Origin: Candidatus Bathyarchaeota archaeon
GTDB lineage: Archaea > Thermoproteota > CALKCG01 > B24 > DRYS01
Assembly (NCBI GenBank): GCA_025058595.1
Contig: JANXEK010000003.1
Span: 4,233-68,232, forward strand
DNA length: 64,000 nucleotides
Reading direction: 5' to 3'
Below the pieces are notes generated by a model. That model searched no databases, was not told where the DNA came from, and was given only the letters and a program-made list of their open reading frames with translations. Within the stretch, counting starts at the first letter, position 1. The number at the start of each line of letters is the position of its first letter. The position numbers were made by a program, and so were the translations under genes. Shown here in pieces: positions 38,438 through 48,751 of this stretch.

Positions 38438-39858
38438 CCACCCATCTCCTCTATCAAAGCTGCTACGAAATCTTCTATTCTATCCTTAGCGATGTAGGCT
38501 CCAGCTGCTACCGAATGCCCCCCACCTTCGCCTCCAACCTTACTAGCCGCTCTACGCATAACGAGACCTAAATCTATAGCTTGGACTCTACCGCTTCTAG
38601 GTAGCCTAGCCGATACTTTAACCTCTCCACCGGCGGCTCCAGATATAGCTATCACGGGCATACCCCTATCTGCTAGGTAGGATTCAGTTATTATAGATGC
38701 TACTACGCTCAGAAGATCCTCTTCGACTAAATCCAAACATCTCACAAGATAGAACTTACCCATCGAGACTATCCTACCGGGTTCCGATGTAATAGTACGG
38801 ATATAACTAGATATTTTCCCGCGATACTCTCCGTAAACAGCTTCAGCTTTAGCTATCAAATCAACCCTTCTATCGCCCATAGCTATCGTTAAAGCTAAGC
38901 CATGCAGCCCCATCCTACTACAGGCGTTAAGGAGAGATGCATACTCCCTAGCATCCCTCATATAGCTAAACCTCTTCTCCCTCTGAAGGATGTAGGATAC
39001 CCCTATAAGGTTCTTAAGAGTCGATGTAGGATAGTTATTCTCAGCAAGATATCTCAGAAGCTCGTTGAAAAGCATCTGCTTCTCCTCGTTGGATAGATCG
39101 GATAGGGTCCTCCATCTGCCAGATTCCTTTAAGCTTATCCCTAGTTTAGAGAGGAAGGATACACATGCATCCTCATCGCCTGATAAGCCTGGTATAAAAG
39201 GATTAACCAAACCTGCGAGAGCTGTATGTAGAGGCCTACTCTCCCTCCCAGGTAGGAGTAGATCCCGCTGAACACCGATATAGCCATCCCTCTCGGCCTC
39301 CTCTACTATAAGCTTGTTCACACCCTTCAAACTTCGTCCCACATCTACATCCTGCATATCAGCTAAAGCTCCTACGATAGCTAGAATCGATAGATCCCTA
39401 TACTCAACCCTAGGGAAGCCTTTTAACGCTATATAAGCTACACCTGCACCGCTTATCTCCGATTCTCCATCCACACCGTATAGATACGGGTTGACATGTA
39501 TAGAGTTCGACGGCGGCTCAGCTACTTCAGGTTTATGATGATCCAGTATCGCTAAACCGCTAACCCAACTATATTTCGATAGTAGGTGTAGATAGCCGCT
39601 ACCCATATCGCATAGTATAACCATCCTACCCGAACTGGAGGCTCTCTCAAGCTCAGATGCATCGAGCCTCCTAATCACCCTAGCATGAAACTTCACACCA
39701 GCTCTATATAGAATCTTAGCGGCTATAGCGGTAGCAGATATACCGTCGGCATCATTATGCCCTAGAATCATTACAGGCTGATTCTCATAAGCTCGTTCGC
39801 AGATAGCTACCGATAGCTTTCCAGCTTCATCTACAAACCTAGTGTAATCCCTACTCAT
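38434..39858 (-). CDS. DHH-family phosphoesterase, an archaeal Cdc45/RecJ homologue (GAN-like)
   Basis: DHH motifs LGHNDADGISA and ILDHH, plus a DHHA1-like C-terminus (GGGHSVAAGA). 474 aa. Sits in the conserved S15 neighbourhood. Confidence 0.75.
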   Translation of the reverse strand: MSRDYTRFVDEAGKLSVAICERAYENQPVMILGHNDADGISATAIAAKILYRAGVKFHARVIRRLDASELERASSSGRMVILCDMGSGYLHLLSKYSWVSGLAILDHHKPEVAEPPSNSIHVNPYLYGVDGESEISGAGVAYIALKGFPRVEYRDLSILAIVGALADMQDVDVGRSLKGVNKLIVEEAERDGYIGVQRDLLLPGRESRPLHTALAGLVNPFIPGLSGDEDACVSFLSKLGISLKESGRWRTLSDLSNEEKQMLFNELLRYLAENNYPTSTLKNLIGVSYILQREKRFSYMRDAREYASLLNACSRMGLHGLALTIAMGDRRVDLIAKAEAVYGEYRGKISSYIRTITSEPGRIVSMGKFYLVRCLDLVEEDLLSVVASIITESYLADRGMPVIAISGAAGGEVKVSARLPRSGRVQAIDLGLVMRRAASKVGGEGGGHSVAAGAYIAKDRIEDFVAALIEEMGG

Positions 39859-39860
39859 AC

Positions 39861-40307
39861 CTAACCTGCCGATAGTATAGCCGCCTTATAACTCCAATCT
39901 TCAGGTAGCCTCCCTATACTCTTATAGTATTTAGCCAGTTTATGTATCTTCGATTCTATAAGCTGAAGAGCCCTCTTATTGGAGCCATCGCTCTTATAGA
40001 CATCTAAATGCTTCTTCAAACGTTCAGCTTTCTTAAGGAGGTTTGCGAGATCCTCCGGTATGCTAGACTCCAACCCATGCTCCCTTAGAATCTCGGTTAC
40101 ACTCTTACCAGTTATATTCTTAACTAGAGGTACACCGTACTGATCCCTTAGGATAACACCTATCATGCTGGGCGGTACCATCTGCCTTCCTAGTTTAACT
40201 ACTAAAGCTTCGACTTCATCAGGAGTATACGTACACCAGGAGGGAGGTCTCTTACTTATAGGTCTCTTCGAATGAGATCTCCCCCTAGCATGCGCTCTCT
40301 TCTTCAA
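39861..40307 (-). CDS. rps15: 30S ribosomal protein S15 (uS15/S13e)
   Basis: 148 aa with HARGRSHSKRP at the N-terminus and the C-terminal S15 fold KRALQLIESKIHKLAKYY. Confidence 0.9.
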   Translation of the reverse strand: MKKRAHARGRSHSKRPISKRPPSWCTYTPDEVEALVVKLGRQMVPPSMIGVILRDQYGVPLVKNITGKSVTEILREHGLESSIPEDLANLLKKAERLKKHLDVYKSDGSNKRALQLIESKIHKLAKYYKSIGRLPEDWSYKAAILSAG

Positions 40308-40360
40308 ACAACATTCCCTCCTATACCCAAGCTAGAAAAACTAGCTGGATCACCAAATAT

Positions 40361-40930
40361 TTAAACTATATTCTTCGATCTAATATACCATCTCGCAAAT
40401 TCTCGGAAGGCTTCCGCTCTATGACTAACTTCATCCTTATATACTCCTAGCTCAGCATACGTTTTACCATACCCTTCAGGTTCGAATATCGGATCGTAAC
40501 CCCATCCAGCATCACCCCTTATCTCATAGGCTATACGCCCTCTAACCTCACCTTTAAATACGATAGGTTTACCTCCAGGTTCACAGTAGGCAACCACGCA
40601 TCTGAACACAGCATCCCTATCATCGATACCTTCCATAAGCTTCAATACGCCTGTCAACCCTATCGTCCTATACACGTATGCAGAGTATGATCCGGGGAAG
40701 CCTTTAAGCGCATCTATGAATAAACCTGTATCTTCCACGATCAGAGGTTTACAGATCCTCCTAGATAGAATCCTAGCTGAAAACGCAGCTATCCTCTCGA
40801 TATTCTCATCTTGAATTTCGATCTTATGAACCTTAGCTACATCCACTTCTATACCGTAAGGTTTAAGGATCCTTCGAACCTCCTCGGCCTTCTTAGGATT
40901 ACCTGTAGCGAACGTTATCGAGCGCATCAC
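40361..40930 (-). CDS. Non-canonical purine NTP pyrophosphatase (Ham1/ITPase family)
   Basis: ITFATGNPKKAEE at the N-terminus and FEPEGYGKTYAE; about 190 aa. Confidence 0.85.
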   Translation of the reverse strand: MMRSITFATGNPKKAEEVRRILKPYGIEVDVAKVHKIEIQDENIERIAAFSARILSRRICKPLIVEDTGLFIDALKGFPGSYSAYVYRTIGLTGVLKLMEGIDDRDAVFRCVVAYCEPGGKPIVFKGEVRGRIAYEIRGDAGWGYDPIFEPEGYGKTYAELGVYKDEVSHRAEAFREFARWYIRSKNIV

Positions 40931-41094
40931 TACGATGCATATACTGTGATAGCATCGATATTAGCCTATACGTACAGTGGATCCATCAGGATGCCGCGTT
41001 TAAAGATCGATATCAGAGGATTAGGTATAAGTATCCCGTCCATCCATACAAGTATACTATACCGATCTCACGAATATAGATCGAGGGAGAGTAT

Positions 41095-41976
41095 ATGGGA
41101 TACATAGATCTATACGTTAAGCCATCTAAACTTATGCTTGGATCTAAACGTAGATTCGATGAAGCTAGATACATCATCTTAGGCGTACCTTTCGATGGGA
41201 CATCGACGTTTAGATCTGGATCGAGATTCACACCTTCAGCTATCCGTGTAGTTATCGACGGTTTAGAGACGTATAGCATAAGATCCGGTATCGACTTCGA
41301 GGATGTCATGTTCTGCGATATAGGAGATCTACATGAATCTCTCTCCGCGGAGGAAGTGGTACGTATGGTTAAACTCGTCGTCTCCGAGATAGCAGGGTAT
41401 GGTAAAATACCTGTTATCATAGGTGGGGAGCACACCCTAACTTTAGGAGCTGTAGAAGCCCTCCCGGAGATCCAGGTGGTCTTCCTAGATGCACACTTCG
41501 ATCTTAGAGACGAATATCTAGATAGTAGACTGTGCCATGCGACGGTAGCTAGAAGAGTTACCGAGCTCGGTAACGTGAAATCCACCCTTCATATAGGTGT
41601 GAGAGCCCCATCAAAAGAGGAATATATATTCGCTTCTAGTAGAGGGATACCATACGTTACTACGCTAGATTTGAAGAGAGGATCTGAAAGAGTTAAATCT
41701 ATGATAGACTCGAAGCTGGATAGGGAGAAGCCTCTATATATATCGATCGATATGGATGTACTAGATCCAGCTTACGCTCCAGGCGTAGCTAACCCTGAGC
41801 CGGATGGTATAGATACAGGTATGCTTATCGATATAATCGGATACCTAGCCTCATATAGGGTGGCAGGTTTGGATATAGTCGAAGCCACCCCCGTCTACGA
41901 TAACGGTTTAACTATAATACAGGCATCTAAAATCCTCATAGAGGCTATAGGATATATCGAGGCTGGTGGACGTTGA
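41095..41976 (+). CDS. Agmatinase/arginase-family ureohydrolase
   Basis: Mn-binding motifs GGEHTLT, FLDAHFD and SIDMDVLDPAYAPG; 293 aa. Confidence 0.8.
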   Translation: MGYIDLYVKPSKLMLGSKRRFDEARYIILGVPFDGTSTFRSGSRFTPSAIRVVIDGLETYSIRSGIDFEDVMFCDIGDLHESLSAEEVVRMVKLVVSEIAGYGKIPVIIGGEHTLTLGAVEALPEIQVVFLDAHFDLRDEYLDSRLCHATVARRVTELGNVKSTLHIGVRAPSKEEYIFASSRGIPYVTTLDLKRGSERVKSMIDSKLDREKPLYISIDMDVLDPAYAPGVANPEPDGIDTGMLIDIIGYLASYRVAGLDIVEATPVYDNGLTIIQASKILIEAIGYIEAGGR

Positions 41977-42755
41977 TCAGAGAAGCACTACTATACGTAA
42001 GAATAGCTTTCATAGCCTCGATCTACGTATATTCTACGATACTCGATTTAAAGTATCGAGAGATATCGGATGATACATGGATACTATCATACCCGGTAGG
42101 ATTATCCCTTCTAGCGTTGGATCTTGTTATAACTCCTACATACGTGATGGAAACATTACTGTTCATAGCTTTATCGATAGTACTAGCGATCACGCCGGCA
42201 TCGCTAGGATTATACGGTGGAGGAGATGCGAAAGCATTGATACTACTAGCGTTAACCCTCCCTAGATATCCGGATACGTATAAACCGATCCTAGCATATA
42301 CTACACCCATAATACCGCTTACATGCTTCAATAACGGTATACTACTAGCTTTAGCGACATCCATCTATACTTTTATAATGAATCTTAGAGCGCTATTAAG
42401 AGGTGGTAGACCGTTCTCCGAATTCGCTAACCTAAATTTACCGAAAATTATATCGCTATACTTTCTCTGTTATAAAGTTCCTTTAAGAGAATTCGCAGTT
42501 AAAGAACATCTATACCCAGCGGAGGAGATAGAAGATGTCGATGGAGCGTTTGCAAGGAAGCTGAGGATCACGTTAAACGTAGAATACGACGTTAAAGCTA
42601 GGCTTGAAGTATTAGAGAAGTATCGTAAACTAGAGATCGACGGTATATACGTATCTTTCGGTATACCGCTACTCTTCTTCTTCACGTTAGGCTTCCTAAT
42701 CGCTCCGATCGGAGATATACTACTATCACCGATACTAAGCATCATCTACGGCTAA
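41973..42755 (+). CDS. A24-family prepilin/preflagellin peptidase (PibD/FlaK-like)
   Basis: Polytopic membrane protein with a first Asp motif (ILDLKYREISDD) and GGGDAKAL matching the G-x-G-D-x-K catalytic motif of type IV prepilin peptidases. Confidence 0.55.
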   Translation: MIREALLYVRIAFIASIYVYSTILDLKYREISDDTWILSYPVGLSLLALDLVITPTYVMETLLFIALSIVLAITPASLGLYGGGDAKALILLALTLPRYPDTYKPILAYTTPIIPLTCFNNGILLALATSIYTFIMNLRALLRGGRPFSEFANLNLPKIISLYFLCYKVPLREFAVKEHLYPAEEIEDVDGAFARKLRITLNVEYDVKARLEVLEKYRKLEIDGIYVSFGIPLLFFFTLGFLIAPIGDILLSPILSIIYG

Positions 42756-43162
42756 CCTGATGATAGGCTAATTGGAATCGATCATCCTCTAATGAGGATA
42801 CATCAGGATGGAGGCCTATAATGTATAGAACCTGCCATACATCTCGATACGTATGCTACACTCATAGAGAGTCATACTTGGTGTCTAACATCATGAAGCC
42901 TTGATAGGCTTTCAGCAATACCAGCTCTAATCATCCGATATTAGGATGGAGAAGCTCTAGTTAATAAGGTTTAATCGTCAGAGTCTGCTCGCTTCGTCAT
43001 CCGGCTTAGTTAAAGCCTTCCACTACATAGACAGGATCGCTCATCATCCACGGTAAATCTACGGCTAACCAGTTAGATAAACGTTTGTATCAAAGTTAGG
43101 ATGCGTAGATGGCTACCTATAGTTTTAAATGGGGTTTAAATAGTTTTTTGTTTTGAAGTATC

Positions 43163-44032
43163 GTGAGGAGGATATACGGCTGTATAAGGCTTATCCGCCC
43201 GATCAACTGTCTCATGACAGGGCTAGCTGTATACGTAGGCTTATGTATAGCTCTACGTAGGATGCCTGAATACACGTATATCAATCACACTATACTCTCG
43301 TACATAACAGGCTTCACGCTCTGCGGAGCATCTATGGCTATTAACGATTACTTCGATCTACCTATAGATCGTATAAACGCACCATATAGACCTATCCCAT
43401 CAGGAGAAGTATCTCCACGATTAGCTTTAACGTTATCTATAGCTATGTCGGCAACAGGCCTTATCTCGGCTATACTCGTTTCGCCTATCTGCCTTCTATA
43501 CGCCATGTTCTTCGTTACGCTATCATACCTATATTCATGGAGGGTTAAAAGGTTAGGTTTCCCGGGAAATATCGTCGTAAGCTTATGCGTCTCAGCTCCA
43601 TTCATATACGGAGGGCTAGCTGCTCTATCGATAACGGATGTAGGCGGGGGATTCCTGCTGCTACTGCTGTTCTCATCGATAGCTTTCCTAGCGAATCTAG
43701 GTAGGGAGGTTACGAAGGGTATAGCCGATGTCGAAGGGGATCGTCTACACGATGTGAAATCTCTAGCAGTCAGATACGGCGTGAAACGAGCGTCTATCGT
43801 AGCATCGATATTCTACCTATCAGCCGTAGCTTTAAGCCTGATACCGCCTATACGAGGCATAGTCTCCCTATATTACTACCCGTTTATAATATTCGTGGAT
43901 CTAGGCTTCATATACTCTACGGTTAAACTTTCACGTAACCTATCCAGGGATACAGCTCTAAGGATTAAGAATATGGCCCTATTCTTGATGCTATTAGGGC
44001 TTATAGGATTTATGCTTGGAGGATTAGCTTAG
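43163..44032 (+). CDS. UbiA-family prenyltransferase, probably digeranylgeranylglyceryl phosphate synthase
   Basis: NDYFDLPIDRINAPYRPIPSG (UbiA NDxxDxxxD motif); 289 aa with about 8 TM segments. Confidence 0.7.
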   Translation: MRRIYGCIRLIRPINCLMTGLAVYVGLCIALRRMPEYTYINHTILSYITGFTLCGASMAINDYFDLPIDRINAPYRPIPSGEVSPRLALTLSIAMSATGLISAILVSPICLLYAMFFVTLSYLYSWRVKRLGFPGNIVVSLCVSAPFIYGGLAALSITDVGGGFLLLLLFSSIAFLANLGREVTKGIADVEGDRLHDVKSLAVRYGVKRASIVASIFYLSAVALSLIPPIRGIVSLYYYPFIIFVDLGFIYSTVKLSRNLSRDTALRIKNMALFLMLLGLIGFMLGGLA

Positions 44033-44061
44033 GATGAATATACTAGAAAAAGACTTAAAGC

Positions 44062-44382
44062 GTGATGCAGCGATATGTAGCGTGTAAAGCTATGTCTCTA
44101 CCCACACCTTCACCAGAATCTCTTTTGAATTTCCTATGGACGATATACCATTATCTGAGAGAAGCTATAAGATTTATAATGGTTAACACGGTGTTTAAAG
44201 CTACACCTGAAATAGCGGCGACATATAGCGACATATGTACGCTACTCGTAACGTTGACGGCCATATATCTAATCCTTGAATTCGTATCGACGGCTAAGAA
44301 GATCGTACGAGTAATACTTATAGTCTCCTGGATGCTATTTATAGTATCGCTGTTGATAAGCACGCTACCGGCGAGGGGTTAA
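44062..44382 (+). CDS. Small hypothetical membrane protein
   Basis: 106-aa ORF with 2-3 hydrophobic segments and no motif. Confidence 0.3.
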   Translation: MMQRYVACKAMSLPTPSPESLLNFLWTIYHYLREAIRFIMVNTVFKATPEIAATYSDICTLLVTLTAIYLILEFVSTAKKIVRVILIVSWMLFIVSLLISTLPARG

Positions 44383-44410
44383 TCGTACAGCAGGTGGGCT
44401 CGACTAGACC

Positions 44411-45670
44411 TTGAAGATAACGTTCCTAGGTGGTACAGACTCGGTAGGTAGATCCGCAATCCTAGTAGAATCTGAGAATACGAAACTAGTATTAGATTAT
44501 GGTGTAGCTTTAAACCATATACCCGGATTCCCAGCCCATGTTTCACCTAGAGATATAGATGGCATAATACTGACTCATGCGCATCTAGATCATACTGGTG
44601 CAGCACCCTACTTCTACGTCTCTAAAAGGACGCCGCTATACCTATCGACGCTTACCCTAGAGTATACAGATCTACTATTGAAAGATTTCCTGAGGCTTTC
44701 AGGATATTACCTTCCATACGAAACTATAGAGGTTGAGAATATGGTATCATCGGCTAAGATTATAGAGCCTGGTATGGAGTTTGAGGTAGGCGACCTCACG
44801 GTTAAATTCTTAAATTCCGGGCATATACCTGGATCCATACAAGTTGTCCTAGAGGATGGGGGCGGCTCTAGGCTACTCTACACGGGAGATATCAACGATA
44901 TAGATACGAGGCTTCTTAGCGGTGCCGATCTGAACTATGGCAAACTTGATGCAGCTATAATGGAGGCTACGTACGCTGGGGAGGAGCATCCCGAGAGATC
45001 TAAACTAGAGAAGGAGTTCGTAGCTGAGGTATACAGTATACTGGATGATAATGGCAGAGTGCTTATACCCGCATTCAGCGTAGGTAGAGCACACGAGGTC
45101 ATATGCATCCTATCGGCTTATAACTTCGATTACCCGGTATACGTCGATGGTATGGCTGTGAAAGCAGGGGAGATCCTTCTTAAATATTCGTCTAAACTTA
45201 GGGATGGAGGGTTGTTCAGGAGAGCTTGGGGTATGGTTGACTGGCCCTCAGGGTGGAGGGATAGGAAGAATCTATTGAAGAAACCATGCGTGATAGTAAG
45301 TCCGGCAGGTATGCTTAAAGGCGGCTTAGCGGTATTCTACATGGAGAGGCTTATGGGTAAACCTGAGAATGGAATATTCCTGGTTAGCTACCAGATACCT
45401 GGCACACCCGGAGATATACTTCTCAAGACAGGTAAGTTTATAGTGAGAGGGAAGGCTAAGCAGGTTAAAGCTAGGGTTAAACACTTCGATTTCTCAAGCC
45501 ATGCTGGTCATAGCGGTTTAGTTAAGATTATCGAGAAGATCGGAGTCGATGCACAGATATTCCTCATGCATGGAGAGCCGGCTAAGATGGCTAAGCTTCA
45601 AAGCTTAACTGAAGAGAGAGGCTACAGATGCATCAGAGCGGAGCTACTAAAGACCTATGAGATAGGATAG
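44411..45670 (+). CDS. Beta-CASP family MBL-fold ribonuclease (aCPSF2/RNase J-like)
   Basis: HAHLDHTG metallo-beta-lactamase motif, followed by a beta-CASP-like region with Asp/His ligands (YTGD, EATYAG, FLMHGE). Confidence 0.65.
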   Translation: MKITFLGGTDSVGRSAILVESENTKLVLDYGVALNHIPGFPAHVSPRDIDGIILTHAHLDHTGAAPYFYVSKRTPLYLSTLTLEYTDLLLKDFLRLSGYYLPYETIEVENMVSSAKIIEPGMEFEVGDLTVKFLNSGHIPGSIQVVLEDGGGSRLLYTGDINDIDTRLLSGADLNYGKLDAAIMEATYAGEEHPERSKLEKEFVAEVYSILDDNGRVLIPAFSVGRAHEVICILSAYNFDYPVYVDGMAVKAGEILLKYSSKLRDGGLFRRAWGMVDWPSGWRDRKNLLKKPCVIVSPAGMLKGGLAVFYMERLMGKPENGIFLVSYQIPGTPGDILLKTGKFIVRGKAKQVKARVKHFDFSSHAGHSGLVKIIEKIGVDAQIFLMHGEPAKMAKLQSLTEERGYRCIRAELLKTYEIG

Positions 45671-45678
45671 CGAACGGG

Positions 45679-46221
45679 ATGAAGCCTATAAAGATAATAC
45701 CTCTAGGTGAAGTGGATATCGATCTATTATCATGGCTTGGAAGAGAGCTACGCGGTATATACGATACAGATGTCTTTATATCTGTATGCGGGTTAGAACC
45801 TCCGTCTACGGCATACAATGTTCGTAGGAGACAATACCTTTCTACGCTTATCTTAGATAGCCTTAGATCAACCTGCAAGGATAGGGATACTAACGTGCTT
45901 CTAGTAACAGAGTTAGATCTATACGTACCAGGGTTAAACTTCGTATTCGGTCAAGCTGAATCTCCTGGAAACTATGCTATAGTAAGCCTACATAGATTGC
46001 GACCGGAATTCTATGGGGAGGAAACCGATTCAAACTTACTCGCGGAGAGGTTACTAAAAGAAGCTGTGCATGAACTAGGACATACGTATGGGTTGCGACA
46101 TTGTTTAAACCCTAGATGCGTAATGAGGTTCTCCAACTCGATACTCGAAGTGGATGCTAAAAGCTGTAGATTCTGTGATACGTGTAGGGCTGAGCTTTCG
46201 AAGCTAAGTCGAAAATCCTAG
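45679..46221 (+). CDS. amzA: Archaemetzincin (peptidase M54)
   Basis: HELGHTYGLRHC zinc motif HExxHxxGxxH, plus a C-terminal CPMC-like CxxC...CxxC cluster (CVMRF...CRFCDTC). Confidence 0.85.
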   Translation: MKPIKIIPLGEVDIDLLSWLGRELRGIYDTDVFISVCGLEPPSTAYNVRRRQYLSTLILDSLRSTCKDRDTNVLLVTELDLYVPGLNFVFGQAESPGNYAIVSLHRLRPEFYGEETDSNLLAERLLKEAVHELGHTYGLRHCLNPRCVMRFSNSILEVDAKSCRFCDTCRAELSKLSRKS

Positions 46222-47208
46222 AAACCTATCTTCTTCGATCCTTATAGCCTCCATCAGACGTGACAGCTTCTCTCTACTCATACGTACACTCTTCTCGTAA
46301 GCCGCTAGGAATATAGCGCCTGCAGCAGGCTGCCAACCATATATCGGACCGATAATATCGATATAGGGATAAACCGAGGTTATCATAGATTTGAACGTAT
46401 CCCACAGTAGACCCTTACACCTGAATACACCACCCGAAGCTCCTACTAGTCCATGCTCCAATTTAAGCTTCCTAAGACATGCGATAGCTAGTAGAGCCAG
46501 CTCCCTCCCAGACTCCTCCATAATCTCCATAGCAACTCTATCACCGTTAGCAGCCGCTTCAGCTATCGACGGTGCTATTTTAGCTAGCTCTATCAAGCTT
46601 AACCGCATAGTCATAACGCTGAACGAAACTTCCTCTAAACTCTTAAAACCTAGAGCTCTAGGTATGATATCTATGAGAGCCGTATATCCCCTCCTACCGT
46701 CATATGCCTTGGTAGCCTCCTGTAGAGCTCTCCTAGCTATATAGACTGCGCTACCTTCATCACCTATAAGCTGACCCCATCCACCCACCCTAACCTCGTA
46801 TAAACCGCTCCTACCATAAGCTATAGATCCTGTACCCGCTACGACTACTACCCCAGGTTCACCTAGACAAGTAGCGTAGTATGCGTTAACTACATCGTTA
46901 ACTAATACGAAGTCTATAGGAGTTATCTCGGATACGAAACTTCTAACGATCTCCGTATCCATAGGGGAATCTCCGACCGAGGATAACCCATAGCATACAC
47001 CATCTATATCGCTCCAATCGATGCCGGCGCAGCGTAGAGCCCCCTCTACAGCCGTAGATACGTTCATCTTCGCAGATTCACGTCCTACGAAGTGGTGGGA
47101 TGCCGACCCGGAGTATCCTACTCCGTATAGCTTACCGTTTTCATCAGCTACTATAGCTACGGTCTTAGTCGCACCTCCATCCACACCTAGGAAAAGCAAG
47201 TTATCCAC
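46204..47208 (-). CDS. BadF/BadG/BcrA/BcrD-type ATPase (N-acetylglucosamine-kinase-like sugar kinase)
   Basis: FLGVDGGATKT phosphate-1 motif and an ASKHA-fold length of 334 aa. Confidence 0.65.
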   Translation of the reverse strand: MDNLLFLGVDGGATKTVAIVADENGKLYGVGYSGSASHHFVGRESAKMNVSTAVEGALRCAGIDWSDIDGVCYGLSSVGDSPMDTEIVRSFVSEITPIDFVLVNDVVNAYYATCLGEPGVVVVAGTGSIAYGRSGLYEVRVGGWGQLIGDEGSAVYIARRALQEATKAYDGRRGYTALIDIIPRALGFKSLEEVSFSVMTMRLSLIELAKIAPSIAEAAANGDRVAMEIMEESGRELALLAIACLRKLKLEHGLVGASGGVFRCKGLLWDTFKSMITSVYPYIDIIGPIYGWQPAAGAIFLAAYEKSVRMSREKLSRLMEAIRIEEDRFLGFST

Positions 47209-47281
47209 CTAGATCTAACATCTAGTAGAGAATACTTATATCTGCTACCTTAAGGTAGGGTAGATAAAGAGGTAGATATTC

Positions 47282-48751
47282 ATGAGCATAGAAACTCCTA
47301 GGTATATAGGTTCTCTACCGCATCCAGCATTCGGGATAAGGATACCGGATATAGTCCTACCCGGGATTCTGAGATCGCTTAAGGAGCATAGAGTCGCAGC
47401 TGGATTCATGCTATCATTCGGTAGGGAGACCGCACCTAAGTATGTGGTGGATGCAGCTCCAGGTTTATACCATATAACTACGGGTCATACGGGTACATCT
47501 ATAACCGAGTACATAGAGAAGGCTTCATCCTACGCAGTTAGGGAGGGAGTTGTAGTCGAGGTGGAGGCTGATCACCTGATACTAGGGGCCACTACGGCGG
47601 AAGCTGTCTCTAGGATAATAGGTGCTGGCAGGATTTCTGAGAGGAGGAGTGATATAGTGGAAGCTTCGATTAAATACAATCTTAGCGAGGTGGATGAAGC
47701 TGTGGAGACATCTAGGATAAACGCCTTCACCGTAGATGCATGCTCGCTTATAGATTTCTCAGCTAACGATCTATCTGGCTATGAATTAGATCAAAGATTC
47801 GAGGAATCTATCCCAGAATCCGGCGATAGGATTAGGCTTATCGAAGAGTATACCGGCAGGAGTCTAGCTTTCCCATGGATCGATGGGCGGTGTTACCACA
47901 TTAAGTTTACCGTAGATGATGTGAAGAAGCTCGCCGTGAAATATATCGATAGCTTGAAAGCTACGTGGAGGATCTACTCCTACATAGATGAGAGGATGGA
48001 AGGTAAGCCCTTCGGGTTTGAGATAGCATTCGATGAAACTCCTACGATCACCCCTGCGAAGGATCTATACTATTATCTGATGGAATGGAGGAGGATGGGT
48101 GCTCATGCAGAGTTTATAGCACCCAACATAGGTTTCGAGAAGAGGATGGATTACAGAGGGAATCTAGATGAGCTTAGATCCAGGGTTTCGATGCTAGCCG
48201 CTGTAGCGTATTCTCTAGGAACAACTCTATCCATACACTCGACTAGCGGGTTTACACCTACATCTATGAAGGGGGCTAGGGTATACGAGACGCTACGTTT
48301 AGCTACGGGTGGTAGGATTAAAACGAAGATCTCAGGTATATATTATGAGCTATTATTGGAGATACTCTATAGCTCCCCTCCAGGATCTAGACGCCGTCGT
48401 ATCTATGAGGAGCTATTCGATACGGTAGTCAATTACCTAGAGGATGAAGTAAAGAGCAAAGGGCCTCTATACTCTGATGAACTTGTAGCGAAGCTAGATG
48501 ATTATAAACGTAGTGTAAAGGAGGGCAGGATTAGGGAGAGAGATCCGCTTTCTACATTAGCTAAATCGTACCTATTCATAGCTCTCAACATCAGGGATGA
48601 AAGGGGTAGAAGGTATATAAGGGATGCTATAATAGAACTCTACGAGGAGGATGCGGAGCTTCGTAGAATATACGATTTAGGTGTCGCATCGATAACAGAT
48701 TCCATCATCGAGAAGTTCGGCTTCCAAGATAACGTTAAATTGTTATCTTAG
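47282..48751 (+). CDS. Conserved hypothetical protein, a possible sugar-metabolism enzyme. The product is uncertain.
   Basis: 489-aa soluble protein placed between a sugar-kinase-like gene and an amidohydrolase. No motif verified. Confidence 0.35.
   Translation: MSIETPRYIGSLPHPAFGIRIPDIVLPGILRSLKEHRVAAGFMLSFGRETAPKYVVDAAPGLYHITTGHTGTSITEYIEKASSYAVREGVVVEVEADHLILGATTAEAVSRIIGAGRISERRSDIVEASIKYNLSEVDEAVETSRINAFTVDACSLIDFSANDLSGYELDQRFEESIPESGDRIRLIEEYTGRSLAFPWIDGRCYHIKFTVDDVKKLAVKYIDSLKATWRIYSYIDERMEGKPFGFEIAFDETPTITPAKDLYYYLMEWRRMGAHAEFIAPNIGFEKRMDYRGNLDELRSRVSMLAAVAYSLGTTLSIHSTSGFTPTSMKGARVYETLRLATGGRIKTKISGIYYELLLEILYSSPPGSRRRRIYEELFDTVVNYLEDEVKSKGPLYSDELVAKLDDYKRSVKEGRIRERDPLSTLAKSYLFIALNIRDERGRRYIRDAIIELYEEDAELRRIYDLGVASITDSIIEKFGFQDNVKLLS

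Noticed and set aside
42756-43162. Candidate ncRNA in the 407-bp ORF-free spacer (CTGATGA-like box near 42757)
   Set aside because: Only a single C-box-like heptamer with no matching D boxes or k-turn arrangement. This is more likely the UbiA-family gene promoter region.
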